This document shows, piece after piece, positions 13,068-22,725 of a stretch of 64,000 nucleotides of DNA; position 1 is the first letter of the stretch, and each line of letters starts with the position of its first letter. Below the pieces are notes generated by a model. That model searched no databases and was not told where the DNA came from. It saw only the letters and a program-made list of their open reading frames with translations. Source of the stretch: an uncultured Candidatus Rokubacteria bacterium (lineage in GTDB: Bacteria; Methylomirabilota; Methylomirabilia; Rokubacteriales; CSP1-6). The stretch covers positions 1-64,000 of the forward strand of contig CAVVEU010000017.1 in the NCBI GenBank assembly GCA_963747235.1, read 5' to 3'. The translations under genes were made by a program, and so were the position numbers.

Positions 13068-14009
13068 ATGCTCGGTCTGGGAATGGCGTCGTCACATGCC
13101 CCGATGATGTTCCAGAAGGCGCAGTACTGGCCGCGGGTGGTCGGACGGATCCCCGCCGAGGCCCGCGAGCAGCTCCCGCGGAGCGCCCGGGAGGAGATCG
13201 CGAGCCCGGCCATCATCGAGGCAAACATCCAGCGCATCGAGGCCGGCCTGGCCACCCTGCGCGAGCAGCTCCGGGCCTATCGCCCGGACGCGCTCGTGAT
13301 GATCGGCGACGACCAGGGCGATCTGTTCGACGACGCCAACAACCCCACCTTCTCGGTCTACACCGGCGAGGAGCCCCTGTGGGGCCGCAGCGCCCGCGAT
13401 AGCTACGACACGCCGCCGGCGGAGCGGACCAAGCTAGTGTTCCGGCCCCATCCCGAGCTCTCCCGCCATCTCCACCGCGGGCTGGTGAAGCGCGGCTTCG
13501 ACATGGCCAGCATCGGGCGCTTCGATCCGCGTGGCAATCCCACGCGCGGCGTCTCGCACATGGTCTCGAACCTGGTGCCCGAGGTGGATCCGGCGCTCGA
13601 GATCCCGCTGGTGTGCGTGTTCATGAACGAGTACTACCCGCCGCTCCCCGGCGCGGCCCGCTGCGCGCGCCTGGGCGAGGCCATCGCCGACGTCTTCCGC
13701 GATCGGCCGGAGCGCATCGCGATCTACGCCTCGGGCGGCCTCTCCCATTTCCCGGGCATGTACAACGCGGGCTGGATCGACCAGCCGCTCGACCGGTGGA
13801 TTCTCGAGCGGCTCGAGCGCAACGACCTGGCCGCGATGGAGCATCTCTTCACGTTCGACTCCGACGCCATGCGCTCCGGCACGGGCGAAGTCCGGGCGTG
13901 GGTCAGCACGGCCGCCGCGATGAACCGGCCCGCGAAGGTGGTGGACTACGTGCCGGCGCACTGCGCCCAGACCGGGTGCGGCTTCGTCTACTGGCCGGCA
14001 ACCGATTAA
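13068..14009 (+). CDS. class III extradiol ring-cleavage dioxygenase, LigB-like
   Basis: ASSHAP, PDALVMIGDD, ASGGLSHFP, SGTGEVRAW. Confidence 0.8.
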   Translation: MLGLGMASSHAPMMFQKAQYWPRVVGRIPAEAREQLPRSAREEIASPAIIEANIQRIEAGLATLREQLRAYRPDALVMIGDDQGDLFDDANNPTFSVYTGEEPLWGRSARDSYDTPPAERTKLVFRPHPELSRHLHRGLVKRGFDMASIGRFDPRGNPTRGVSHMVSNLVPEVDPALEIPLVCVFMNEYYPPLPGAARCARLGEAIADVFRDRPERIAIYASGGLSHFPGMYNAGWIDQPLDRWILERLERNDLAAMEHLFTFDSDAMRSGTGEVRAWVSTAAAMNRPAKVVDYVPAHCAQTGCGFVYWPATD

Positions 14010-14020
14010 CCGTCCTTCCT

Positions 14021-14100
14021 CCTCTCCCCTCGGGGGAGAGGGCAGGGTGAGGGGCCCAAAGGTGAGGGGCCCAAAGGTGAGGGCTCCGAGGTGAGGGCCC
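14021..14100. repeat. REP-like palindrome followed by tandem GGTGAGGGGCCCAAA units
   Basis: CCTCTCCCC-TCG-GGGGAGAGG-GCAGGGTGAGGGG, then 15-bp unit x2 (14046-14075) and two degenerate copies. Confidence 0.75.
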
Positions 14101-15728
14101 TGAAGGCGCGGCGGCGCCGGCTTGCCGTCGTCCTGCTCGTCCTCTCGCTCGCCCCCGCCGCGGCCACTGCCGGCGTCATCCCGCTCGACCTGCGCTTCGA
14201 CGGGCAGCCGCTCGAGCCCACCGCGCCGCCCGACTTCACGTGCTTCAGCGCCATCGCCAATGCCTGGGTGAGCTGCGGTGTGAAGCGGGGGGAGGGGCCG
14301 GGGGCGTGGATGCTCGAGGGCCTCGCGCCGGGCCGGTACCGGCTGCACGTCAGCATCGACGAGAACCCGGTCAACCCGCGTCGCTTTCCCGGCGACTACG
14401 AGGCGCAGCACCGGTTCGAGGTCACCGAGCGCGGGCCGGAGCGCCTCACGGTGGACATGGTCCGGCTCATCCATCTGACGCGCCCGGGCGACAATGCCCG
14501 CTCGCTCGAGGGCATGCTCACGAGCTGCGCGACCCAGCCCGTCTTCGAGACGCCGCGCCACTCCTGGGGTCCGACCGCGCGCATCGAGTTCGCGTGGGAC
14601 CCGATCGTCGCCGGCGCCGAGTACCGCGTGAGCGTGACCGCGGTCTCCTGCTCGCAGCCGGACCGGCAGCGGGAGGTTCTGCGCGAGATGACGGGCGCGA
14701 CCGCGGTGACGCTGGCCCTGCCGCCGAGCGTGGGCGACGAGCAGTACTTCTTCTGGATCGCGGCCTGGCGGGACGGCCGCCTCGTCGGTGACCTCTACAC
14801 CCACGACGCCGGCACGCACTCCTGGAACTACCGCTTCCAGGTCCGCAACGCGAGCCTGTCGCGCTGGGTCTACGTGGCGGGCGCCGGCTTCCTGCTGCTC
14901 CTCGTCGTCGGCGCGGTCCGGCTCCTTCCCAGGGCCGCGCCCACGCGCCGGCGGCGGCTCGCGCGCCGGGCGCTCGCGCTGATCGTCGTCGTCGCGCTCG
15001 CGGGGGCCGCCTACTACATCGTCCACGACCGGGTCCAGGAAGGTGAGCGGCGCCGCCTCGAGGAGGAGCGTGCGCAGAGCGAGGCCGAGGGCCAGGCGCG
15101 GCAGCGCGAGCTCATCGCCGCGTTCGTCTCGGCCGCGCCGCGGCCGGCCTGGTGGGCCTCGGTGCAGACCCCGTACCGGGTGGACAACGTGGGCGACCTG
15201 CTCGCGGCCTGGCAGGGCTTCCCGCGCGGGGACGACGGCCTCGGCGAGCGGCAATTCTTCAAGGCCGCCTACCGCGGGATCGTGGATCATCCCGACGACG
15301 AGCACATCGTGGCGACCGCCATCGACCTGCTCCACTGGGTCGTCGACGACTACCCGCACCGGCTGCCCCTCGCGCAATTCGGCTACGACCGCTACTTCCA
15401 GCATCGGCAGCGCGTGGACAACTGCGCCAACTGCATGGTGGGGGACCGGACGCAGGGGCTGACCCTGAACCTGAGCCGGCTCCTGATGGCGGCCGGCCGT
15501 TACGACGAGGCCATCGCGGTCTGCCGGCGGTTGATCGACGAGCGGGGCGCCGACGTGAGCCCCTACAAGCTGGCCGAGATCTGGGAGCGGATCGCGTGGG
15601 CGCACTGGGAGAAGGGCGAGCGTGAGCGGGCGCGCGAGGTCGTCCGGGAGGCGATCGCGAAGTACGGCGGGACGGTGCGCGGCGATGACCTGCGCCGCAC
15701 GCTGGCCACCTTCGAGCGCGCGGGCTGA
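14091..15728 (+). CDS. hypothetical membrane protein (signal peptide, two TM helices, C-terminal TPR-like region)
   Basis: 545-aa ORF with typical codon bias, hydrophobic N-terminus, two hydrophobic segments, GRYDEAIAVCRRL TPR-like helix. Confidence 0.65.
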   Translation: MRALKARRRRLAVVLLVLSLAPAAATAGVIPLDLRFDGQPLEPTAPPDFTCFSAIANAWVSCGVKRGEGPGAWMLEGLAPGRYRLHVSIDENPVNPRRFPGDYEAQHRFEVTERGPERLTVDMVRLIHLTRPGDNARSLEGMLTSCATQPVFETPRHSWGPTARIEFAWDPIVAGAEYRVSVTAVSCSQPDRQREVLREMTGATAVTLALPPSVGDEQYFFWIAAWRDGRLVGDLYTHDAGTHSWNYRFQVRNASLSRWVYVAGAGFLLLLVVGAVRLLPRAAPTRRRRLARRALALIVVVALAGAAYYIVHDRVQEGERRRLEEERAQSEAEGQARQRELIAAFVSAAPRPAWWASVQTPYRVDNVGDLLAAWQGFPRGDDGLGERQFFKAAYRGIVDHPDDEHIVATAIDLLHWVVDDYPHRLPLAQFGYDRYFQHRQRVDNCANCMVGDRTQGLTLNLSRLLMAAGRYDEAIAVCRRLIDERGADVSPYKLAEIWERIAWAHWEKGERERAREVVREAIAKYGGTVRGDDLRRTLATFERAG

Positions 15729-15729
15729 C

Positions 15730-17547
15730 ATGCGCGTCCGGTTCTGGGGCACGCGGGGGTCGATCGCGAAGCCCGGGCCCGGGACCGTGCGGTACGGCGG
15801 CAACACGTCGTGCGTGGAGGTGCGGACGCGCGCCGGCACGTTGCTGATCCTCGACTGCGGCACCGGCGCGCACGGGCTGGGCCATGCCCTCGAGGCCGCC
15901 CGGACCGGCCCGCTGCGCGGCCACATCCTCATCACCCACACGCACTGGGACCACATCCAGGGCGTCCCGTTCTTCCTGCCGCTCTTCGTCGCGGGCAACG
16001 AGTGGGACGTCTACGCGCCACGCGGGCTCCGGGAGTCGGTGCGCGATACCCTGGCCGGCCAGATGCAGTACACGTACTTCCCGGTGAGTCTCGACCAGTT
16101 CGCGGCGACCGTCCGCTTCCACGACCTGGTGGAGGGCATCTTCACCATCGACGACGTGCGGGTGACCGCGCGGTACCTCAATCACCCCGCGCTCACCCTC
16201 GGCTACCGGCTCGAGGCCGACGGCGTCGTGCTCGTCTACGCCACCGACCACGAGCCCCACAGCCGCGCGCTCGCCTCGGGTGACGCCTCCGCGCTGGCCG
16301 GCGAGGATCGGCGGCACGTGGAGTTCCTGGCCGGCGCCGATCTCCTGATCCACGACGCCCAGTACACCGCCGCGGAGTACCGCGAGAAGCTCGGCTGGGG
16401 GCACAGCCCGGTGGAGTCGGTGGTGGCGGCGGCCCGGGCGGCGGGCGCGCGGCGGCTCGTGCTCTTCCACCACGACCCCCTGCGTGACGACGCGGCGCTC
16501 GACCTGGTGGTGGCCGCGGCGCGCCGGCAGGCGGGAACGGACCTCGAGGTCACGGCCGCCGCCGAGGGCCAGGCGCTCGACGTGGTCCCGACCAGCATGG
16601 TGCCCGGCCCCGGGGGCGCGGCGCCGGTCGCCGCGGAGGTCGCGCCACCGCGCGAGATGCTCGCCCGGTCGGTGCTGGTGGCGCTCGACCCGGGCGCCCT
16701 CCGCGAGCAGCTCCTCGAGGCGGTGCACGCCGACGATCTCACCGCGGTGATGCCCGCGGACGCCGCCGACGTCGCCGCCCTCGCGCGCGCGACCCCGCCG
16801 TCGGTGTTGCTGCTCGGGCGCCGCATCGGCGGGCGGGACGGCCTCGAGGTGTGCCGCGCGCTGCGCGCGATCTCGGAGAAGTCGGCTGCGGCGCTGCCCA
16901 TCGTGATCGTGGCCGCCGACGAATCGGAGACCGACCGGGCCGCCGGCGGCGCGGCCGGGGTGACCGACTGGCTCGTCGCGCCGTTCTCCACGCTCTACGC
17001 GCGCACCCGGGTCCGCGCGTGGGCGCTCCGCCAGGCGTGCCGCTGGATGCGCGCGCCGCTGCCGCTCGACGAGGCGGAGCGCCTGCGGGCGCTGCGCGAC
17101 GCGGGCGTGCTCGACTCGCCCGCGGAGGAGCGCTTCGACCGGATCACCCGGCTGGCCCGGCGCGTCTTCGACGTGCCGATCGCCCTGGTGAGCCTGGTCG
17201 ACGCCGAGCGCCAGTGGTTCAAGTCGCACCAGGGGCTCGACGTGCGGGAGACGCATCGGGAGATCTCGTTCTGCGCGCACGCCATCCACGACGACCGGGT
17301 GTTCATCGTGCCCGACGCGCTCACCGACCCGCGCTTCGCGGACAACCCCGTGGTGACCGGGGAGATCCGCGCCCGCTTCTACGCGGGCCGGCCGATCCGG
17401 ATGTTCGGGCGCCGCGTGGGCACCCTCTGCCTCGTGGATCGCCGCCCGCGCGAGCTGCGCGACGACGACGTGCGGGCCCTGAACGACCTGGCGACGCTGG
17501 TCGAAGAGGAGCTGGCCGCGGGCGGGGTCAACCCGTTTCCGGCGTGA
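15730..17547 (+). CDS. MBL-fold metallo-hydrolase fused to degenerate REC and GAF domains
   Basis: RFWGTRGS, YGGNTSCV, THTHWDHIQG; DGLEVCRALR; EERFDRITRLA..SFCAHAI..RFYAG. Confidence 0.85.
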   Translation: MRVRFWGTRGSIAKPGPGTVRYGGNTSCVEVRTRAGTLLILDCGTGAHGLGHALEAARTGPLRGHILITHTHWDHIQGVPFFLPLFVAGNEWDVYAPRGLRESVRDTLAGQMQYTYFPVSLDQFAATVRFHDLVEGIFTIDDVRVTARYLNHPALTLGYRLEADGVVLVYATDHEPHSRALASGDASALAGEDRRHVEFLAGADLLIHDAQYTAAEYREKLGWGHSPVESVVAAARAAGARRLVLFHHDPLRDDAALDLVVAAARRQAGTDLEVTAAAEGQALDVVPTSMVPGPGGAAPVAAEVAPPREMLARSVLVALDPGALREQLLEAVHADDLTAVMPADAADVAALARATPPSVLLLGRRIGGRDGLEVCRALRAISEKSAAALPIVIVAADESETDRAAGGAAGVTDWLVAPFSTLYARTRVRAWALRQACRWMRAPLPLDEAERLRALRDAGVLDSPAEERFDRITRLARRVFDVPIALVSLVDAERQWFKSHQGLDVRETHREISFCAHAIHDDRVFIVPDALTDPRFADNPVVTGEIRARFYAGRPIRMFGRRVGTLCLVDRRPRELRDDDVRALNDLATLVEEELAAGGVNPFPA

Positions 17548-18730
17548 GCTGCCGCGCGGGCCGGCGCAGCCGCCAGAAGAACACGCAGCCCAGCACGTAG
17601 GACGCGATCGAGAGCTGGAAGGCCAGGCGGTAGCTGCCCGAGAGATCGAAGATCAGCCCGCTGGCCCAGGCCCCGCCCGCGGCGCCCAGTCCGGTGCCGA
17701 TGGAGATCACGCCCAGGATCGCCCCGAGGTGCGGACCCTGGAAGAGGTCCGCGGTCTTGGCGGTGATCTGCGGACCCCGTGCGCCCCAGGTGAGCCCGAA
17801 GAAGCACGCGTGCAGCCAGAGCAGGGCGTGCTGCTCGGCGCTCGTGATGAAGAGCGCGCAGATCACCCCGACGATGGAGACCAGGTAGGCCAGGATCGCC
17901 GAGACCTCGCGGCCGATGTAGTCCGAGATCGTGCCGGTGCCGATGGTGCCGACCACCGCGAGCAGGCTCCCGAGGCCGAGGACGCCGGCCGCGTACAGGG
18001 GGTCGAAGCCCACGTCCACCGCGAAGGCGAGCTGGTGGAGCGAGACCAGGAAGCTCCCGAGGCCGGTGAGCAGGTAGACCAGGAACAGCAGCCAGAAGTG
18101 CGGCGTGCCCATCGCCTCCCGCACCGTCCAGGCGTGCGCGGGCTGGGGCGCCGCGGCTCGCATGTCGGCGGGTCCGCGCTCCTCGGGGTCGGGCTCGCGG
18201 GTCGGGAAGGCGCGCACGATCGGGAACACCGCGGCCGCCATCATCACCGAGAGAGCCAGGTACGACCGCCGCCACCCGATGGCGGAGATGAGGAGCTGGG
18301 CGAGCGGAGCCGACACGGCCCGCCCGAAGCCGTTGGCCGACTGGACCACCGAGATGGCCAGGCCTCGTCGCCGCACGAACCAGCGGGACAGCAGCGGCAC
18401 CGAGACCACCAGGCCCATGCAGTTGGACCCGAGCGTCATGACCAGGCCGTAGAGCACGATCACCTGCCAGAGCGAGGTGACGGCGGCGTTCGCGGCCAGG
18501 CCCACCACGAGGAGGCCCCCGCCGACCAGGACCAGAGCGCGCGTGCCGAGCCGGTCCACCAGGGCGCCGACCAGGGGCGAGCTGGCGCCGATGATGAGCT
18601 GGGAAACCGAGTAGGCGACCGAGGTCTCGGCGCGGCCCCAGCCGAATTCCCCGAGATAGGCCACCAGGAAGACCGCGTACGAGTGCATGAACCCGGCGCT
18701 GATGGCGTAGCCGAAGAAGGCGCCCGCCAC
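17528..18730 (-). CDS. MFS transporter (true start probably slightly upstream, near 18772)
   Basis: LVDRLG, SRWFVRRRG, ISDYIGR; in-frame FYGWPVV upstream of the first GTG. Confidence 0.85.
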   Translation of the reverse strand: MAGAFFGYAISAGFMHSYAVFLVAYLGEFGWGRAETSVAYSVSQLIIGASSPLVGALVDRLGTRALVLVGGGLLVVGLAANAAVTSLWQVIVLYGLVMTLGSNCMGLVVSVPLLSRWFVRRRGLAISVVQSANGFGRAVSAPLAQLLISAIGWRRSYLALSVMMAAAVFPIVRAFPTREPDPEERGPADMRAAAPQPAHAWTVREAMGTPHFWLLFLVYLLTGLGSFLVSLHQLAFAVDVGFDPLYAAGVLGLGSLLAVVGTIGTGTISDYIGREVSAILAYLVSIVGVICALFITSAEQHALLWLHACFFGLTWGARGPQITAKTADLFQGPHLGAILGVISIGTGLGAAGGAWASGLIFDLSGSYRLAFQLSIASYVLGCVFFWRLRRPARQLTPETG

Positions 18731-18761
18731 GACGGGCCAGCCGTAGAAGACTCCGGAGGAT

Positions 18762-19409
18762 CTACGGGACGTGAGGGGGCCGGCGGAGCGTGTAGATGTT
18801 GATGATCTTGTACTGCCGGTGGGTTGGTCGCCAGGGGGGCCAGCTCACCGTCCAGCGATCCCGCGTGACCGTGAATCCACTTCTTCGGAAGGCCGCCCGC
18901 AGCTTGGCGTCGGGGACCCAGCCGGGGTCCGCGAGCAGGGCCTCGCCCCCCGGTCGTAGCGTCCGCATGAGCCCGGTGCCGAGGGCCGGCCACTCCGCGT
19001 CGTCGTAGACGACGTCGCCGCCCACCACGAGGTCATAGGTGGCCGGCGCCAGGCGGTCCCCGCCGTGGTTCCAGTCGCCGCCTATGGTTTGGGCAGGACC
19101 GAGGCCATTGCGCCAGCAGTTGCGCCGGACCGCGGCGAGGGCCTCCGCCTCCCGGTCCAGGAAGGTGACGCTCGCGCCCAGGCGGCCGCACACGATACCG
19201 ATGAGCCCGACGCCGCAGCCCAGGTCCAGGACCTCCCGGCCCCGCAGGCCGTCGGCCCCGAAGCGGTCGGTGATGTAGGCGGCCAGCCCCAGCCCCGCGG
19301 GCCAGACCCGACGCCAGTAGGTGTGGGCGGAGAGCTTGAGGAGATTCTGCGCCGACGTCTCTTCGATGGAGACGGGCCCGATCGGCTCCAGGGCGAACTC
19401 TCGTAGCAC
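18762..19409 (-). CDS. class I SAM-dependent methyltransferase (METTL21/lysine-MT-like)
   Basis: YWRRVWPAG, VLDLGCGVG, DLVVGGDVVY; start codon uncertain. Confidence 0.75.
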   Translation of the reverse strand: MLREFALEPIGPVSIEETSAQNLLKLSAHTYWRRVWPAGLGLAAYITDRFGADGLRGREVLDLGCGVGLIGIVCGRLGASVTFLDREAEALAAVRRNCWRNGLGPAQTIGGDWNHGGDRLAPATYDLVVGGDVVYDDAEWPALGTGLMRTLRPGGEALLADPGWVPDAKLRAAFRRSGFTVTRDRWTVSWPPWRPTHRQYKIINIYTLRRPPHVP

Positions 19410-19513
19410 TAGGCCGAAGTCTAACGCACGTTGATCCGTCCGTCGCGCAGGTTTATGCTCGGCGCGTCCCGGTCGATCTGCAGTGACCCGAGTCCCGCCA
19501 AAGGAGGCGCGCA

Positions 19514-20404
19514 ATGGCTCTCTCCGTAGGGTTCATCGGTGTGGGGAACATGGGCAACCCGATGGCCGGCAACGTGCTGAAGGCCGGCTTCTCGATGACG
19601 GTGTTCGACATGAACCCCAAGGCCATGGAGAACCTCATCCAGGCCGGGGCCAAGCGGGCCGCCTCCGCCAAGGAGGTGGTGGACGCCTCCGACGTCGTGT
19701 TGACCTCGCTGCCCGCCTCCCCGGACGTGGAGGCCATGTACCTCGACGAGGGCGGCCTCGTGCAGCGCGCGAAGCCGGGGACGATTCTGATCGACCTGAG
19801 CAGCGTGCTGCCCAAGACCCCTCGGATGATCGAGCCGATCGCGAAGGCCCGCGGCGTGCACTTCCTGGAGGCGCCGGTCAGCGGCGGCGTCACCGGGGCG
19901 CGCGCGGGCACGCTCGCCATCATGGTCGGCGGGGACGCGGCGGCGATGGAGAAGGCGCGCCCGGTGCTGCGCGCCATGGGGCCCAACATCTTCCACGTGG
20001 GGCCGGCGGGCGCCGGCAACACCATCAAGGCCATCAACAACATGATGGCGTGCGTGAACAGCGCCGCGATGATGGAAGGCTACATCCTGGGCGTGAAGGC
20101 GGGGCTCGACCCGATGACGATCTACGAAGTGGTCAAGGCGAGCAGCGGCGGCAGCAAGGCCATCGAGCGCATCCCGCGCGCCCTGATTCCGCGCGACTTC
20201 GAGCCGGGCTTCAAGGTGGCGCTGATGAACAAGGACCTCGAGACCTTCCACACCATCGCCAAGGAGCTCCACGTGCCGGTGACGTTCTCGAACCTGGCCC
20301 AGCACTACCAGCAGGCTGCGCTGGCCGCGGGGCTCGGGGAGCAGGACACCAGCGTGGTCTTTACGATCATCGAGCGGCTGGCCGGCATGAAGGCGCCCAA
20401 GTGA
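19514..20404 (+). CDS. NAD(P)-dependent oxidoreductase, 3-hydroxyisobutyrate dehydrogenase family
   Basis: GFIGVGNMG, EAPVSGG, KAINN, MNKDL. Confidence 0.9.
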   Translation: MALSVGFIGVGNMGNPMAGNVLKAGFSMTVFDMNPKAMENLIQAGAKRAASAKEVVDASDVVLTSLPASPDVEAMYLDEGGLVQRAKPGTILIDLSSVLPKTPRMIEPIAKARGVHFLEAPVSGGVTGARAGTLAIMVGGDAAAMEKARPVLRAMGPNIFHVGPAGAGNTIKAINNMMACVNSAAMMEGYILGVKAGLDPMTIYEVVKASSGGSKAIERIPRALIPRDFEPGFKVALMNKDLETFHTIAKELHVPVTFSNLAQHYQQAALAAGLGEQDTSVVFTIIERLAGMKAPK

Positions 20405-20793
20405 CCGCGCGCCGTCCGCCCGCGAAGCCGGGCAAGCCCGCGCGCAACAGCAAGAACCCCTACGGCTACGCCTTCTGGGAGTGGGTCGCCCAGGAGGACC
20501 CGGAGTACTTCCGGGCGCGCCAGCCGCTGAGCGCGCTCTCGATCGGCGAGGGCAAGGAGCTCTCGGTGAAATACCGGGAGATGGTCATCATCGGGATCCT
20601 CGCCTTCCGTGGCCGCAAGGAAGGCGTGGTCGCCCACATGCGCCGGGCCATCGAGCACGGTGCCACCAAGCGGGAGCTGCTGGAGGCGATCCAGTCTGCC
20701 GCGGTGCCGGGCGGCGGCCCGTGTTTCAGCACCGGCGCGCAGGCCTTGATGGAGCTGGACCGCCAGGGCGCGTTCGCGAGCGGGCGCCGATAA
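20401..20793 (+). CDS. carboxymuconolactone decarboxylase (CMD/AhpD-like) family protein
   Basis: GTGA overlap; LSVKYREMVII...HMRRAIEHGATKRELLEAI...GGGP. Confidence 0.8.
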   Translation: MTARRPPAKPGKPARNSKNPYGYAFWEWVAQEDPEYFRARQPLSALSIGEGKELSVKYREMVIIGILAFRGRKEGVVAHMRRAIEHGATKRELLEAIQSAAVPGGGPCFSTGAQALMELDRQGAFASGRR

Positions 20794-20797
20794 AGGC

Positions 20798-20887
20798 CCG
20801 GCTGCTTCGTTGGCGCCCTCGGTCGGGGCGCTCAACGTACAAGGAGTACGCCTCGCGTCCGACCTTCGGGCGCCGCCTCGCATCCGG
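20798..20887. repeat. long intergenic stem-loop (REP/MITE-like) between convergent genes
   Basis: nested arms GGCGCCC/GGGCGCC, GGTCGGGGCGC/GCGTCCGACC, CGTAC/GTACG. Confidence 0.55.
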
Positions 20888-20928
20888 ACTCTTCGGCGCC
20901 CGCCGGCGGGTGACCGGCCGCCGCCCGC

Positions 20929-22251
20929 CTAGAAGAGCAGGCGGACGGCCCAGAGGGAGAGGGCCGGGAAGGCGATCAGCAGCGTGACGCGCACCGCGTC
21001 CGAGGCGAGAAAGGGCAGCACCCCGCGATAGGTCTCGGCCATCGGCACGTCGCGGGCGAGGCTGTTGACGACGTAGACGTTCAGACCCACCGGCGGCGCG
21101 ATGAGGCCGATCTCCACCACCGACAGCACCAGGATGCCGAACCAGATGATCTTCTCGGTGGAGGTGAGGTCGTAGAGGGGAAGCGCCGTGATCACCGGGA
21201 GCAGCACCGGCACGGTCAGGATGACCATCGAGAGCTCGTCCATCACGCTGCAGAGGATGATGTAGAAGAGGAGGATGCCCGCCACCACCGCGACCGGCGG
21301 CAGGCTCAGGGCCGCGACCGACTGGGCGAGCTGGGCCGGCATCTGCGAGAGCGCCAGCGCGGAGTTCAGCATGTCGGCGCCCAGGAAGATCAGGAAGACC
21401 ATGCCGGTGGTCTCGGCGGTGCCCAGGAAGGCGCGCTGGAGGGCGGCGAGCCCGAGCTCGCGCCTGGCCACCGCGGTGATGAACGTGCCCGCGGCACCGA
21501 TCCCGGCGGCCTCGGTGGGCGTGAAGAGCCCGCCGTAGATGCCGCCGAACACCAGCAGGAAGATCACGCCGATCGGCCACACGTCGAGCAGCGCGGCGCG
21601 CCGCTCGGCCGCGCTCACCCGCGGGACCTCGGGCGCGTGCCCGGGTACCAGGCGCACGTAGACCGCGATCGCGGTGAGATACCCGGCGGCCGCGATCACG
21701 CCAGGGACGATCGCGGCCGCGAAGAGCTTGGCGATGTTCTGCTCGGTGAGGATCGCGTAGACGACGAGCACCACCGAGGGCGGGATCAGGATGCCGAGGG
21801 TCCCGCCGGTCGCCAGAGTCGCGGTGGCGAGGCGGCCGGAGTAGTGGTGGCGCCGCATCTCGGGCAGGGCCACCTGGGTGACGGTGGCGGCGGTGGCGAC
21901 CGACGAGCCGCAGACGGTGCCGAACGCGGCGCACGCCAGGATGGCGGCCATCGCCATGCCCCCGCGCCGGTGGCCGATCAGCGAGTTGGCGAAGCGGAAG
22001 AGCGCGCGCGACAGCCCGCCCTGGGTGGCGAACTGGCCCATCAGGAGGAAGAGCGGGATGACCGACAGGTCGTAGAGGGACAGGCGCGCCCAGGCGACGC
22101 CCTTGAGCTGGTTGAGGAGGGCGGGGACGCTCGCGAGCAGCGCGTAACCCACCGCGCCCGGGATGAACATGGCGATGGCGATCGGCACGCGCAGCGCCAT
22201 CAGCGCGAGCATCCCCGCGAACAGCGCCAGCCCGGTCTCGACGGCGCTCAG
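20929..22251 (-). CDS. dctM: TRAP transporter large permease
   Basis: IPLFLLMG, GGTLGILIPPS, FTPTEAA, IAPPVGLN; start inferred at CTG overlapping the dctQ stop. Confidence 0.88.
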   Translation of the reverse strand: MSAVETGLALFAGMLALMALRVPIAIAMFIPGAVGYALLASVPALLNQLKGVAWARLSLYDLSVIPLFLLMGQFATQGGLSRALFRFANSLIGHRRGGMAMAAILACAAFGTVCGSSVATAATVTQVALPEMRRHHYSGRLATATLATGGTLGILIPPSVVLVVYAILTEQNIAKLFAAAIVPGVIAAAGYLTAIAVYVRLVPGHAPEVPRVSAAERRAALLDVWPIGVIFLLVFGGIYGGLFTPTEAAGIGAAGTFITAVARRELGLAALQRAFLGTAETTGMVFLIFLGADMLNSALALSQMPAQLAQSVAALSLPPVAVVAGILLFYIILCSVMDELSMVILTVPVLLPVITALPLYDLTSTEKIIWFGILVLSVVEIGLIAPPVGLNVYVVNSLARDVPMAETYRGVLPFLASDAVRVTLLIAFPALSLWAVRLLF

Positions 22252-22724
22252 GCGCGGGCCGCCTTCCAGCTTTCCCGGGCGGTGTGGAGCGCGACCACCG
22301 CGGCCAGCGCGAGGGACGGCACGATGGCCGCGTAGCCGATCCACATCGGGAAGCCGACGATCATGGACACCTCGCCCCCGGCGCGGACCGCCACCGCGCC
22401 GACCGCGGTGCGCCAGGCGAGGGCGGCCATGACGAGGGCGAGGAGGACCGCGCCCAAGGCGTCGAGCCGGCCCTGCACGCGCCGGCCCGCCCGCACCGTG
22501 AAGAAGTCCACGATGATGTTGCCGCGCCGGAGCTGGCAGTAGGGCAGGAACGCGGCGATGGCGACGCCGCAGCCGACCTGCACGAGCTCGAAGTCGCCCG
22601 GCACCGGGCGGCCGAGCAGGGCCCGCCCGGTGATGGAGGCGACCGACATGCCGGTGATCGCGACCAGCACCGCGCCGCCGCCGAAGGCGAAGGCGCGGGC
22701 GAGGCCGTCGAGGACGCGCGTCAT
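22248..22724 (-). CDS. dctQ: TRAP transporter small permease
   Basis: PVPGDFELVQ, FLPYCQ..RGNIIVDFF; lies between dctP and dctM. Confidence 0.85.
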   Translation of the reverse strand: MTRVLDGLARAFAFGGGAVLVAITGMSVASITGRALLGRPVPGDFELVQVGCGVAIAAFLPYCQLRRGNIIVDFFTVRAGRRVQGRLDALGAVLLALVMAALAWRTAVGAVAVRAGGEVSMIVGFPMWIGYAAIVPSLALAAVVALHTARESWKAARA

Positions 22725-22725
22725 G

